DNA of 64,000 nt from Bugula neritina (taxonomy: Eukaryota > Animalia > Bryozoa), in the NCBI GenBank assembly GCA_964035545.1, contig OZ037768.1, positions 15,917,875 through 15,981,874 of the forward strand. The letters run 5' to 3'. The notes below the pieces were generated by a model, which had not been told where the DNA came from, searched no databases, and saw only the letters and a list, made by a program, of their open reading frames with translations. Positions 1 through 15,300 of the stretch are shown piece by piece. The translations under genes were made by a program, and so were the position numbers. Each line of letters begins with the position of its first letter. Position 1 is the first letter of the stretch.

Positions 1-307
1 ACCCAAATAATATTTTCTTATACATTTTGTTGTCTTGCAAAACTCAAACTGCCGGCAAAGCAAAACTTTTTTGTAATTTCAAAACTTAATTATACAAACC
101 AAAATATTAGCCATAAAAATTTACTGCCAGTTTTTGCAAGGAGCTCTTCTTGTATTTACATATATAACACATGCTACAAATAAATGGGAAAACCAATTTT
201 TGATTGTGCCCAGCCAATGCCTACCTTTCATTTATACATTAACTATTACCTATTTGATAAAGATAGCATTTCTTATATATCAGCTGTTAATATTTGTTTA
301 GCTTTAG

Positions 308-3300
308 AAACTGCAGCACTAGTGTGATTAATAACACTTTTGTGCTGGAAAAGCGAAGCAATTTGTTGCTTGATGAACTTTATCGGATGGAGATTATAAG
401 CAGAAATATGTATGGGGAAACAACCACAATCTTTAATTATACAATAACTGCAGGTAACTGTATGTCATTACAATATATAAATTAGTTGTTGTACTGTCTA
501 CGCCGAAGCTCTAGGGCCATGGGCTAATAATTTGAAACTTACTTTTATTCCTAACATATAAGACAGTCTCCCAAAAATAAAACAGCTGCTTGTCAGCTAC
601 AGTTTCATAGAAAAACAAATTATGAATATTTAATTTCTAATGATTTACTGCCTTGTAAGAAAGCAGCTTAGTATCTTCTAAACATATCTCCTTCACAAAG
701 CTTATTTAGAAACTGAAACAAAAAAGAAACATATCTATAGATAGATCTTAATTTTTAATAGAGTAAACTTGTACATTCCAGTCTTATTATCATAATGAAC
801 TCAAAATGTTAGACATATGGCAAGGCTTGTACCTATAGAACTCCCATATTCTTTAGTAGAAACAGTAGTCTCCCCAATTCTTTTTCCCAATGAGTGAAGT
901 ACATTTGCTTACAACATGTGAACAGTAATGTAGCATGCTGTGACTTTGAGTTATTGTCATTCACCTAGCACCACCTCCCACACCAGCACACTTTGCTAAT
1001 ATTGAACATTATAGGTGACAGTGTACAGTGAAGAATCTTAATCAGATAGGAGTTTTAATCTTGTTTTCAATAGTTTCTAATATACTTTTGACATTAGGAA
1101 ACAATTTAGTTGGCCATTCCTCTTGAAGTTTACTTTTTATAATTCAAGAAACTTTAATAAAAGTTGGTTTAGCTTGTTAATTCATTTGAAATTGCTAAAT
1201 TGCTATCAGGGTAGAAAATTCAAAGTTGCTAATACTCTATTAAAAGTTACAATTAATAACACTATGAATAAATTCTTTTTCCTGAATTACTGTAATATAT
1301 ATTTCTTGGGATATCGGGTGATATCTATCAAAACACATTCTACCAACCTATCTGAAGTGAAAGCAAGTGCTACCAAATTTGTTGTATACTAAAATAGGTT
1401 TCAAGCATATGATTGAATAATCTTTTCACAAACCATTTGTAACAAGATGTGCATTTTTCAACATTTTACAATTATTACAACTTTTATCCTCTTATAAATA
1501 AACCTTGGTTATTAATATACATTACCAAAACATTTTTGGATTTTAGTGAAATTGTCTCCTCCTAAAATAAACCTGCCGGAAACACTTAGCAGTACAGAGA
1601 TGGAGTTTACTTGGGAGACAGATTGCAAGTCAATATCTCTGTATAAAACGTACTGCTACTGGTACGGGCTACTCTATCAGCTTACCTTAACCGTGGACGA
1701 GGAGGCAACTCCTGACTTTGAAAACGTATGCCATCCAAATTATATTCATGAACATAGTTATAATCGCACCACTTTAGTATTGGCTATATTCTAATCATGT
1801 GCAAATATTTATGTTTATGGATACTAATTAATATAGTGCAGCATTCCTAGACTTTATTGTACTTGCCTTTTAAAATAGAATCATATATTGGTTGAGCTAT
1901 GCAAGCATGGCATAAAGTGTCTCCATGCTACGCTCAGGAAGCCAGGCTTGATCACACTAATTAATTAGTAACCTAAACTCATGGACAATATAAAATGGCA
2001 TGACACTTTCTATGTTCAGCAAATGATTTCAAGAGACTGAAAGTAACTTTGAACAGTTAACTCTTTTTGATACAGATATTGTAAGAAATCTAGGAATTTA
2101 ATTATACAACATGAAGCTGTGTGAACTGCAAGATTGGAGTTTACAATATAAAACAGGCAACATGCTGAGCTATCATTCTGGCTGTTGCTTTGAATAGTGA
2201 TCTGTCTACGCAATCTTCATCTTTCTAAATTTTTTTCCACATTTGCGAGGCATACCATCATTACTATTTTATGTCTTTAAATCAACGTTAAATGTTTTCA
2301 GCAACTCATGAATTTAAAAGCTCAGTTTAAATGTTGCTTACAATGAAATTTGAGTAAATTTAGACAAAAGTTTTTGTGAAAGGAGCTTACTGAAAAAAAA
2401 TTAGTTCTTGCTGATCTAATTATAGACATTTATGGATTCTTGCTTATAATCTTTTTATAAAAAGATTAAACCAGTTCTCTATGTTTTGACTAGACTGTTT
2501 TGAATGATTGAATATAAACAAATGGTGAAAGCACAGAAAGCTATGAACAGTTTACATAAGCATGCGGAGTATAACTCATGAGAATGTTAGTACGATGTTG
2601 AATTTTCAGTATCTCAAATGTTGTGTATAATCATACTCCTTGTTGTCTGCAGATGAGAAAGGTAAGAAAGCTCTCAACATGGTTTGTATTTTTGCAGCAT
2701 CTTAGAAGTTTTTTTTATATATTTGAAATCATCCTTAATGATTTATTTCAATCCAAGATCTATATAAAGTGAAATTTACAATCCAACTAACATAGCCTAT
2801 TAATTAAGACACATATTATATCTATAAGTTAATGTCTTGGCTTTGTCATACTAGTTTTATTTGAAACTACAGACTAAGTCTCATTACACTGTTTTTAACT
2901 TCTCATTGCCTTTCTTCTTTCTTTCTTTTAACATCCCTACAAAACATCAAAACTTTGCTATCTGTTTGTGGTGTGATTGCATAGATAGGCATTAATATTA
3001 CAGTTTGCCAGCTTTCTGTTACTTTGAGGAATCTTTTTACTCAAGTCATACAGAAAGCTCTAGTAAGCAGTAAACACTTTCATGTATCAAGGTGGTATTC
3101 TTATACATTGGCAATACTGGAGTGGTATTCCGTATTCTCTCCAGAGTGTGTTTTAGGGTGAGATTTTAAATATTTCAAACAGAATAAACTAAAGACAAAT
3201 AGTACAACAATGTGAAAAACCAATATATGAGACACACAATTTCAATTCAGTACATATTTGTAAAGCAGAGCAGCCTTAAAGTAACATATCTTTATTGAAA

Positions 3301-6300
3301 GTTTTAGACTAGACCTAAGTCACAAATTCTTTCTTTGTGCAGCAAATTAACCAACTAAAATACCTCAATTTGATTAAGTCAAATGCCATCGAAAACATGA
3401 TGTTACAGTAAATATAATATAATTCAAAATACAAGTATGACTGGAATACAGTTTTTAGAGATCATCTGCCATTATTAGGTAGGTGCAACACTAGCAGATT
3501 TTTAAAAAACCAATGAATATTTTCAGCTTGAGAAGTTGCATGTAGAGTAAATCAAACCAAAAGTTAGAAACCTAAGCTAATAGAAAATCTAAATCTCACC
3601 ATAGTATCTTAAGCTAGAATGATGGCCACTGAAGGTAAGCGCAAAACTACTGCTTTGAAACAACACCTAGTCTTCAGCAAATCTCCCTTTCCACCCCCCT
3701 CCCCCTCCCTCCCCCGTCTAAAGACTTTGAAGTAGTTTATTAAAAGGCAGCGAGTTCGCTAACCAACTTGATAGGGTATGAAATGTGTACCTGGTATCAA
3801 GATAATACAGTAGCCTAGCTGTTAAATAGTGGAGCGTAGCCTTTAAAATGCATTGCTTTCCATGTCTAATGCGAAATATGACTGCATATGATGTAGTCTT
3901 AGACTATTTTCGCAGTTTCTGGAAAAATTTGAATACTCAGACCTATGTACAAAATCACTGGAAGGTATGAGAACCACAATTTGAATCATCAAGCAAGCTT
4001 CAGCTGAATGTACCATTCATTTCAATTGCCTTTATCTAGATTTTCAAAGCTGACAGAGTAATCTCTCTCAATGGGTCATACAGACTTGAGAGCCTGAAGC
4101 TTGAGGGTAAAAGTGTGATTTCAGTCAAGTCTTTAATGCCTGCCACCAAGTATATATTTAGTATGCAGCAAAAGCCCAACATTTCCTCTTCGTTATGGAG
4201 CGAACCAAAACTGCTTGTATTCAAAACTAATGCAACAGGTAAGTGATTTGTCCCACATTGTGTTTGGTCACTAAAATCTAGACAGATTTTATTGTTCTGC
4301 CTTTAGAGTCAAGATCTTCTTTCGAGAGAAATTGTGGGTGCAGTAATGAATAAGTTGAGAAAAGCCAGTGTTTTGATAAAAAATGATCATGGCTGTTCAA
4401 GCTAATTTCCTAACTTTGAACTATTACCTAATAAAAGAGTGATCACTTTTACCTATTGATTTAAAAAAGAAACCACAAGAAGTCAATATATATGTTTGCT
4501 ACACAATTGGATTACACTTTACACATCAGTTTCATGTTAAGAACTGCTATGAAAGAGGGTTCATATGTTATCATACATTTAGGTAAGAACTTATCTTAAC
4601 ATTAATTTGTCAAACACTACATTTCCAAGGCATTATGCAAATGGACTTTTTTTCAATGTTTAGAAACGATTTCGGGTAAAAATGGTGCCGTAAAAATGGC
4701 ACAAATGGAAAGTTGGGTAAAAACGGCACACTAATGTTAAATTTTTTCAAACACCCACCCCAAACTCAAATGCCCATCCCTAAACCTAAACTCCCCATTC
4801 CGAGCCTCAAGCGCCACCCTAAATCCTAATATTGAGAATGCGCCATTTTTACCTACTTTGCCATTCGTGCTATTTTTACTGGTGCTATTTTTACCGGGCA
4901 CCTTTGGAAACAGTTGCATTAAATGAAACCACAGCTATAATTGTTCACGCAAATTGCAACCGCAAATTTCTCATATGAGCATTCATTTGCATAATGAAGT
5001 AATGGGAATGCAGTGAAATATTGCATATGTAGCTTGCTTATTAGGCTACTAATAGTAATGAAGAATGTCCAACTTTTTAGAACCACATAGAGGACCATTT
5101 ATTAACGAAAATGGATTTTCCTTCATTGGCATTTGTGAAAATCGTGGCCGCAGAGTGAATATTTATTGGAAGGTTGGTTGATTTAGTATTTTATTTATTG
5201 CTATTTGTAATTTGCTAATAAATTTTATCATATTATAAAAATATGATACTAATAAGCTAGTCTCAAAGGGAGTGTTGACTTGGAGTAATTTCTAGTACCT
5301 GGCTGATGCAGAGTTTGGGAGCTCACAACGGTGGAAATGGAGAGATTATAGAGTATGGGACTGTAAGAGGCAGCATCACACGGGCATCACAATACAGAGA
5401 ACTTACAATATGTGTTCCAATTGAGAAAACTGAGGTGACCATATACGCTGCCAACATAATAGGCAGAAGTTCTTACAACTCAACAATAGCCCTACCATCA
5501 TCTTCACACATTCTACAAGGTTAGTTGACTATAACTAATTACAGCATAATATAAAATGATGTAATCGTACATGATGAATATATTATGTGACATAATTGGG
5601 TAATAATATTCTATGCTACGTATCATAATATAATTTAATACAGCAAAATGCAATATAATATAATATAAAATTATACGATAGGGAAGAGTGGGGCTAGTTA
5701 AACAAAAAATTGCATTTTTGAGCATAAGTTTTGAAGAATTTTTTGCTAATCCAAGGACTATAAGCACCATGAAATTCAGCCATATGTTGCTGTATTTTTC
5801 CATTAAAACTGAGTGCATAAACATTTTACTCACTGAGATAGAGCCATTTTTTGATAGCAAGGGGAAGATTGAACCACCCTGTGTGGAAGTTGAACCACCC
5901 TGTGTGGAAGTTGAACCAGTGCCATTTATCTTATAATATAGATTGGTTCACCTATTTTGCAAGTTGAAAAGCAATTATTAAATATTAACAATAAAAATCA
6001 TTAAAGAAACTCAGAATAAATTGACACAAACTCTTAATGTAATCTGCTGCAGTGTAACCATTTAATATCTCAAAGATAGGTAATGCAGAAGATGCTTTAA
6101 AACCCAAACAGCAGCTGCAAACTGGTAGGAAAGCTTTCAAAAGTTGTTCTTTTGTAATTCATCCTTAAACAAGTTACATATATGAAATGGGGTCCTCTCA
6201 TATGACATCAGAAAATACACAGTATGGTTGAGCGTAATCAACTTTTTAGAGGGCTGTTTAGAGCTCTCAACAATGGCAGATAGTTCACACCACTGCCTTG

Positions 6301-9300
6301 CTTTACCATATTCTCTACTGTGGCTTTCTTTATTTGTTACCTGTTTGTTTTTTGTAAATGCTACTTTACACCCTTTTGAAATACATTGCAGAATAGTTTA
6401 ATTACGCTGTTGACCTACATTTTCATTTTTTCAATAAATTCATATTTAGATTTATATATTGACAGCAAAAAATTAACTAATTAAGAAAAATATAAACTCA
6501 AATGCAAAAAATGGTGTGCCCAATTATAATAAACATAGTGAAAATGATTAGTGGGACAAATTGTTCCTGGTTCAACTCACCCGGCTTCTTATGGGGTTCA
6601 GCTAGCCCCACATTGTCATGCTACAAAGTATTGTCAATACTGTATTTGCTGTGAATGAGATATCTCTCAGCCTTAGGCTATTGTCCAGCCTTAAAATTAC
6701 ATTGAAAATACATTCCTGAATTTACTTGAGAAGCTATGAAATTTTGCATGAAAAAAAATAAATTTTTAGCTTGCTCCTTTTTTTATGCACAAAATGTGAA
6801 AAATACTTGCTCAACTGAAAACTTCTGTTTTGATTTCATATATTTTCTTATATTTTCATATGTTTGGTAGTTCACTTAAAACGCTTTTAAGTAAAGTAAA
6901 TAAAATGGTGCAATGATTTAAATTAGGCGAAAATTTAGAGCATGTGGTTCAACTAACCCCATTCTCCCCTTTAATATTTTTTAACATAATATACTGTGCA
7001 TCGTAATATGATATAATAGGACATGATATATATGACATGAACATAATGTATTATACTGTGTATTATCATATGATATAGCATGACATGATGCGATATAACA
7101 TGATACAACATATATGACACATAGTATATACTGTGTATTGCAATATGATATAATGATATGATATAAGTAGGATATAAATTGGGTATAATCAAGCTTCTAT
7201 GGCGTGATTGTTTAGAGTTTCAACAATTGTAAAACTTGTGGTTTCTATTTGCGTGAATCTAGGTATCCCCACAGGCTGGTTGGCAACCAAATAGATAACA
7301 CCTCTCTGGTTGCCAGTTCAGCTGTGATTCTCAGCTGCATTATCTCAGATATGGAGCAGAATCTGAGTGCATGAAATGTAATATAATCAAAATATTTGAT
7401 GGATTTCTTAGCATAATGCAGAGTTTATAATTTGCTGATTTGACCGAAATTTGGAATGACATTGCCATTAATTGAATTACATTAACACGGGTATAATGCT
7501 TTTATCACAATACAAGCTGATAATGTAATTGTTCTGTAAAAGTTGTGGGAAGGTAAAATGCTTGCATGCATATTAACAGTTGGTGTTCTCTGACTCAACT
7601 TATGTAATCTATCAATAAAACCTATCAAATCAGCACGACAATAGGTTTTAAGTTGATACAAAATTTAACGTCTCACAAATTTTACTGTATTTTACTTCAC
7701 GAAAGCTAAATCTAATAAAGGATTTATACAAAGGAATTCTACCAAAAGTTTATGAGTTGGTGATGTATGTTTAGATGTTTTGAAGTCATGCCAGCTGACT
7801 GTAAGAATAGTAAAGAATAGTCGCACAGCAGTTATTGATTGGACAGCCTCGGACACTGCACTTAGGGAGAGGTCCAGGGACCAGCCACAATACACTCTGT
7901 TCTGGTGCAGAGAAAACACTAACACCAGTACATGTCAGGTATTGCAGTTTACAGTGACTTGGTTATACCATTGTACCAAAGCTCATTGTGCTGCATATAG
8001 TGAAGTGCGTGTGCATACTGAACAACTGTAAGATACTTAATTATTTCATATCATTGATACAAAGTGATAAAACAATAATTAGACATAATTATACAAGAGT
8101 TCTTATCTTTTTGCAATGATAAATTGTGAGTGAAATAAATTTTGACAGGAGGAGCTGAACTGGCTCACAGTAGACAGCAATCATAGCACAACGTACCAAA
8201 CAGTAGCGTTAAAATCTAACCCTTCTTACTACAAGTTTGGAGTTGCTGTTGTGCAAGATGGCTTAAAGTCTGGCATCGTCTGGAGTGACTGCGTCATTCA
8301 TTCTACCTCCCCTAATAAAGAAGGTTTTTATGATATTCTAATTATAGTTTAACAATTCTAGAGCCAAACTTTTGTAAAAAGCCTGTATTTAAGGTAATAG
8401 GTTTTCTTATCACAAGCAATAATAATACAAATTTAAGCATGTCTGCTAATGATTTATACAACTTCCTTTTGTATGCTAGCTTTTTAGTATCTACACTTCT
8501 GTATGGTTGTAGATGTCAATTTTACTATAAAGGAGATGAATGCCACACACTCTAGTGTTTCAGTAACTCCCAAATGTCGATCTATAGCCAACATAGATAT
8601 CAACTACTGTCTAACAGGTGATCAGTTAGAAGATAACCAGTGCAAAGAAGGATACTTCACTTTGAGTTCTGTTACCATGAGATGTTTTAAGGTAATCATA
8701 ATTGAATTTACTAACTTGTTGACATAACTATAAACTATAATATAAACCACTATATTTTATAAATAATATGATGAAATTAATACTATGCATGTACAGTTGT
8801 TCCTATCAGTTGAATTATTACCTAATTTTAGTGACTATTTTAGTTTAAAAGCAACTAATAGCAACTGTGTCTGTGATACTTCTAAACTTCAAAGATTAAA
8901 ATATATTCTCACTATTCACAGCACATATATAACAACACCCTTTGTTTTCATGCTATGCCTCAAGTTGATAGACAAAATGTCTCATTTATTCCTTTCGATA
9001 GTTTTAAAGTTACATAAATTGATTAACTTAAGTATGCAAAATGTTATATACTCATGTTTTTGAAATTGTATTACATAAAATGTATGCCTCGTGTTTGAAT
9101 TTACTGTAACACTTTGAATTAGGGATATCCACCACAATAATATGATAACAGTGGTGATAATGTTTACAGTATACTTATAATATGTGTTCAATAATATCTG
9201 CATGTGATCTCATTAATTAATTGCTGCTTTTAAAATGATGATGGTTTGAACAGACTGTTGCTGTTCCAATGAGAGAGAACAGGGACTACTTGACCTGGCT

Positions 9301-12300
9301 AACCGTCTCTTATATTGATGATGTAAATACAGCTATGAACTCCACTCCAAAGCGCTTCCATATGAATCTTTTGAATTCTAACTCAGGTGATTTAATATTC
9401 ACACTATGCAAGCCTACAAAATAACCATTCAATAAGCAATAACTTGCATGTCTTACATACACGAGCATCTCCAGCATTATTTCAATCTACACTCTGCTTT
9501 TATTTTCCTCAGATGAGAATTATTAGAAAATCAAAAACAAAAATACTACTTGAAATTTTATATATAACTTGTACTGAGCAAAGATTGCAACTTATTTTCA
9601 TATTATAATGCTTAATATTCTTAATTATTTTCGATGCAGTTAACTTTTAGCATATCTTTTTTAGCATATACTGCTCTAATATAATATCACTTTAGAGTTT
9701 AACGTATTTTGATATAATAATTTGAAATGCTATTTAGCATGTTTCTTTAGTGCAATACACATTGTTGTAGTTTTGCGGTTTGCTACAATGGTGGGTAATG
9801 TAATGTATGTGTGGGTTACAATGATAGAATATAACTCTCTACAAGTGTACTAGAGAGAGAACAGAACTTGAGGTTGTAGAGAACCATTGCATTTCTAACA
9901 CCAAGTAAAAAAGTTGAGTTACATCTAAGTAAAAGTAATTGGTACAATAGAGATTATTCACTAGTTAGCACAATAGTAAGTCTAGAAGCCAAGTGTGTCT
10001 GTTTGTGTCTGTGTCTGTGTCCTCTTTATAAAGCTCTATGCTGATTGGTCTGATATGTTCCGGCAGTGGCACCCCGAACCACTGGCCATGAAGTGTGCAG
10101 CATTTTACAGACTACCTCGCGAGGCACAAAGGAATGCTATAATACATTTGGATTATAACACAATAGGTGCTAACTCATGGATGTGATTCCAAGTACCAAC
10201 CTGGGGAAGCTATAGGGGGGGTCGCACAGCATGTCCCACAGTCATCACAATATTACATGTGTAATTTTAGCTAATATGAAGCTTATTGGTTGGATTCTTG
10301 GACCTATTGCTGCTGCCATTGGGATTATCATCATCAGCTTTACTGCATTTTATATAAAAAGGTAAGTAAAAATAATATATTGTTAAAAAAATATCAAGTA
10401 TAGCACGAGTAGATCATTTTTTGTATAAACCTATTCATAAAATATGCACTCTAAGACTTTTTCAATTAAGTCCTAATATAAAAAAGGAAAAGCATAAAAA
10501 CCTGGTCAACTCTTTCAGCTATTATTAATGGATATTGACCATTTGAGAAAACAGTTTTATAGAAAGTTTAGCTGTGTTAATTTCTTTGGTCAGTTTCTCC
10601 CCATTCTTGTTACATCATTAATGAGTGAGAATTTCTAGCTTTCTCTCTACGGTATTTTACAGAAAAGGTAGAAAAGCAAAAGATAAATATTTCCCAGCTA
10701 CAGTTGCCCCAGCCATCAAAGATGAATTGCATATTGAGGTAAAATAATGCATCTGTGCTGCACAAAGCTTTGTTTTATTTGTTTATAGTTCTTAATGCTT
10801 TTTAGCTTTCGAATGATTAGCAAGTACAGTAGTTCTCCTTGTCTGACTTAGTAAGAAACATGGTGGCACCTGTGTTTACAAACACCAACTTATGGCTTTT
10901 GGAACAAATATAGCATAGCCTTTTTATCGCATCTCTTTTTGGTTGCTATAATCTATGTGTAAAGTTAATATCAAACAAGTTGCTTTTATTCTTGTCTACA
11001 AAAATTGAGAGCACGTGGAAAACCCAGGCACTCAACAAGTTTTTCGCTTTTGTGCTGGTTTAATTAGAGCAAACATTGTAAATATTAATTAACGACACTA
11101 AATATAGGATATTTATTTTACTGCTAACTGCAGAATCTCATATTTGATAAATTGAACATTACTTTTTAGCACTGAACTACTTTTCCATGTGGATTAAGTG
11201 TTGAGATATCATCTAACTACAGCGTCAACTAAACTGCCATTTATTTGTGGTAATTTTTTTCAGTCATTAGAAATAAACATATCACCATATAAAATCACTA
11301 TATAAATGAAATTCTCGGCTTATTCTGTAAAAAAGCAAATAGTGTCATTTGGTAAAATGTTTCAAACCATCACTATGATCATACCTTCAAAGTAAAATTG
11401 AATTACTGTTGAAGTAGGGATAACAGGAGGCACAATGGGCCAAATTTTGAATTTTTCGCTATCATACGTCTGTTTTTCAAGTTATTAGTTCAATAATCTC
11501 TAGTCTAAATGCTACACCAGTTGTTTATTATAAGTAGCAATTTGTTGTTTCTATCTCTTTCACAAATCTTAAAATAACGAAATTTGCATGACGAAAAGAC
11601 TGGCCCATTGTGCCGTAGTACTATGAACTGTAGCTAAGGTGACTGAAGTTTGATGCTGGAGTGTGGAGGGGGGGGAATGGCAAATCACAACTTATTTTAG
11701 TCAAATACATGTATATTCCCTCAATGATATAATGTATAATGAATATCATGATTATCCATTAGGAGCAACATCAGAGTGTTTTGTATGATGTATAAAATGG
11801 CAAAGCTATAACCTCACCAGATGTATATATTAGAGCAGCTTAACCTTGTATAGTTTGGTAGTCTTACCATGATGTCTTTGATATTTTACAAATAGAATGT
11901 CAGAAATGGCTATATCTATAAATTTTATTAACATTTCAACTAATTTGTTGGGCAAACAAACTAATAACAGTGATAAGGGTGCAATGGTCAGGTGGCCCAC
12001 TGTGCCCCGTGTGGCCAAGTTGAAAATAAATGTGGCTCAAGAAAAATTTATTTTAGAATTTGCTATTATACCAGTTAAGCAATGTAGAGACAAGCAATGG
12101 CAACAATATCAGTAAAATCTAAGCTTGTTACTTTTGAGTGTGAAAAATTATAAAACTTTAATTACATCTTAAAAAATTTACAAAAGTAGGTAAAAACAGT
12201 TTTTGACTTGCCTCTTCAACATGTATGCTCCGCAAGTGTTGAAACTACAATGGCTGAATAATTATGTCAATATCTTTTCATTAAAAAAATCACAAGTCCA

Positions 12301-15300
12301 AGTCAATAAGTTTTTTAACAAATTTGATCGACTTTTTGTACCCCTATGACCGTTGTTGCCCTGTTACCCCTATTTGCTATGGAGTATGGAGTATGCATTA
12401 ATCAATGAATTAGTGATTAGAGATTTTGAACCCTTAAGTTATTTCCTACATAAATACCTGGTGCAGCATAAAAGTTGTGAATTGTAATCAGTTGTTGTGT
12501 TTTTGTAACAAATTTATTAATTAGCTGTTGATTAACTTGCAAATATCTCTATTTCATCTGCCATAGTTTGGTGACAAACAAATCTCATGAGAAAATAACA
12601 AGCGATTATTAATGTTTGATTGTCATGTATTACACCACCTTGACACCCTCTTTGAATTCTAAGCACCATTTTTCTACTTTCTAGTTGAAGTTTTCGAAGG
12701 TATTTATACAATAAACTATTTTGCAGTTTGTCATATTTTGTAGCCTGATAATTTGAGTGTTGATTCGAACTTTGATGCATTCAGCCAAGCAGAGCAGGTG
12801 GATATCATAGGGTATAGGAAGGCTGAACTACTAACACCAGCTTCTTTCTTAAACCCTGAGGTAGGAACACAGTGGCATGTATAATTAGATCCTAGATGTC
12901 AAGTATTCTTCACAAAAGTTTTCTTCAAAACATTCTATTAATAGAATGTTCAAAATGGCTTTTAAGGAAATGCCAGAAAGTTGCAATAAAATTCACTACA
13001 AGAGGCATAAGTAAATCTTTATTAAAGTACTAACTCTTTTATCTCAACATAAAATTGCTATATTTAGCTTAAAATTTGATAAACTCAATGACTGGTGAAA
13101 TAACATAACTGATTTATCAATATGTTTTTTTTCAGTCAACGAAGTTTTATTCAGAATTGTTTGCTGATTCAACAGAAAACAATCTACATGCAAGCCAAAA
13201 GAAAGAAGCGAAAGAAGCAGATGGTGAAACTAAATCAAAATCCATTTCTCAGGTTTGTAGTAATAAAAGTAGCTACAACTTACTAATTACCTTACGGGCA
13301 TAGTATGTTGGAACTTGATATTTTTAAGGACAGATGCAAAAGTCAAACTAATAAAATTATTATATTATATAAATTGTATTTCAGCAAAACGCAGACAGTG
13401 CATATGGTGAAAGCTCTGACAACAGCGGTGATTTGGACTATCAATTTGTTACAAAGATATCTTGTTCCAGTAACAGCCAGCTTGCTGATGATCTGGTAAA
13501 CTTTTGTGCATCACTTTGAGGATGTTTAATGAAGCATCATAACAATGAAGTCCATCACTATAATTTTTAAATTTCAAACTCAAAATTACATGCATGTATA
13601 AAGCTACTGACATTTTCTCTTGTAACTACCCTTCAACTATATTCCTTTTACATTTGTAGATGGAGGATTCTCACTCTGGAAGTATTTCAGGTCAGAAATT
13701 ATATCAAACTCTCCTCTCTCCTTCATTATCTTGTAAAATTAAACATTAAGGTTGAATTTTGTAATTTTTAATTATAAATGGGAATCAGTTGGCAACAAAT
13801 ATATGATGCTTGCAAATTTATTAATTTTGACTGCATGGCAATCAATCATTACAAAAAAGGGCTAAGAATTTCTTTAAGAATTCGGGACCATCTTTAGTTT
13901 AAGCCATTGCTATGACTAACAGCAAAAATGAAATAAGATCTTAGCTTTACTTATTTAGAAACTATATTTTAGTATGTCGCTACTTAATGAGACATAAAAA
14001 GTAAACATTGTAGCTGACTTGACGACACTTATTATATTGCAATTATATGATGTCAAGTTTCTAAAATTAGTCATATTCAATATAACTTCTATTTAAAAGT
14101 TTGAATAGAGCTACGGTCTTGAATATCTAATGTCGTGTGTGAAGTTATTCAGCACACATCTAGCATTGTTGAGAAAATGAATTTTTGAGCTTCGTAATTA
14201 TATTTGACTGAAAGTTAAAGTATGCAGGTTTGTTGTCTATCAGTGTGGACAACTTTAGAAACGAAACGGCGATTATTTTAATTTGGAAAAGCTCCTTATG
14301 ATGCTTTAGGTAATGAAAGAGAGACCTGAGATATTGCTCTCATCATCATATTTTATCTTATAGAAGAATAGTTTAAACATATAAGTATCAATATATACCC
14401 GCTTGAAGTAAACTTGATATATAGCATATTAGCATTAGCAGCTATGTTTTGATTGAAACTATTATTTTCTCACATTAAAAGCAAAGATCATATTACTGTA
14501 TATAACTATATACTCGCAATGCGTCATATTAATAAGATAAGTTTTTAGAATGAGAATGTAATTTATGTGTAACTCAGTCAATATGGCATGCTTGTAGATC
14601 TTAAGAAGGAGGGTCAGCAAACTAGAGGTACTGTCCACTCTGACGATTGCTCCTTCAACAGCGATTATTTGAAACTGGATTGTATTAGAGAAAGTAACAA
14701 CAATGAAGAAAGTACACTTCTCAGTGAGATGAAGGTATGACACTCTTTGCTTTTAAATTCTCAACAGTTACAATGAAAAGTTAAATTAATTCAATAATAT
14801 CTTATTAATAAAAAATAAAAAAGACTATATTCAAAAATGAATTTTTCTTTGAAGTTGAGAAGTTTTGGTTTTGCTTTAAACTAATACTTTTTTATGTTTC
14901 AAATTTTAGGTATTTGAACATGTTATAATGGTTAGCTAGTATATTAATTATGGTATTTGCATATTCACAAAACTTGTCCTTTTTAAAAGCCCAATACCTA
15001 TACTATACAAGTAGAAGTTTCCATGATATTAGCTCTATTTGTTTAATTGACCCCAAAATCTGTAGCAAAATATGCATCAAGCTATTAGCCTAACAACTCT
15101 AATGCTCAAACCCATAAGGTAATTACTGCAAACAATTGACCTATATTACACAGACCTGCCTCAGCACATGTAATAACTATTCTGTTCTGAGCGAGTTTAA
15201 TGTGCAGCTCTTGCATCCATTACTCTTGCTGATAATTATTAGTTTACAAACGCATTAGACTTTCTATTTAGAGAAGTTCCCAAGACTCTGGTTCTTTCTT

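Noticed and set aside
3685-3716. C-rich tract with G-quadruplex potential (similar tract at ~26840-26877)
   Set aside because: Simple low-complexity intronic tracts with no supporting context.
11415-11432. Partial I-SceI site (TAGGGATAACAGG, first 13 of 18 nt)
   Set aside because: The rest mismatches, and the sequence is explained as the TA TSD plus TIR of a MITE.
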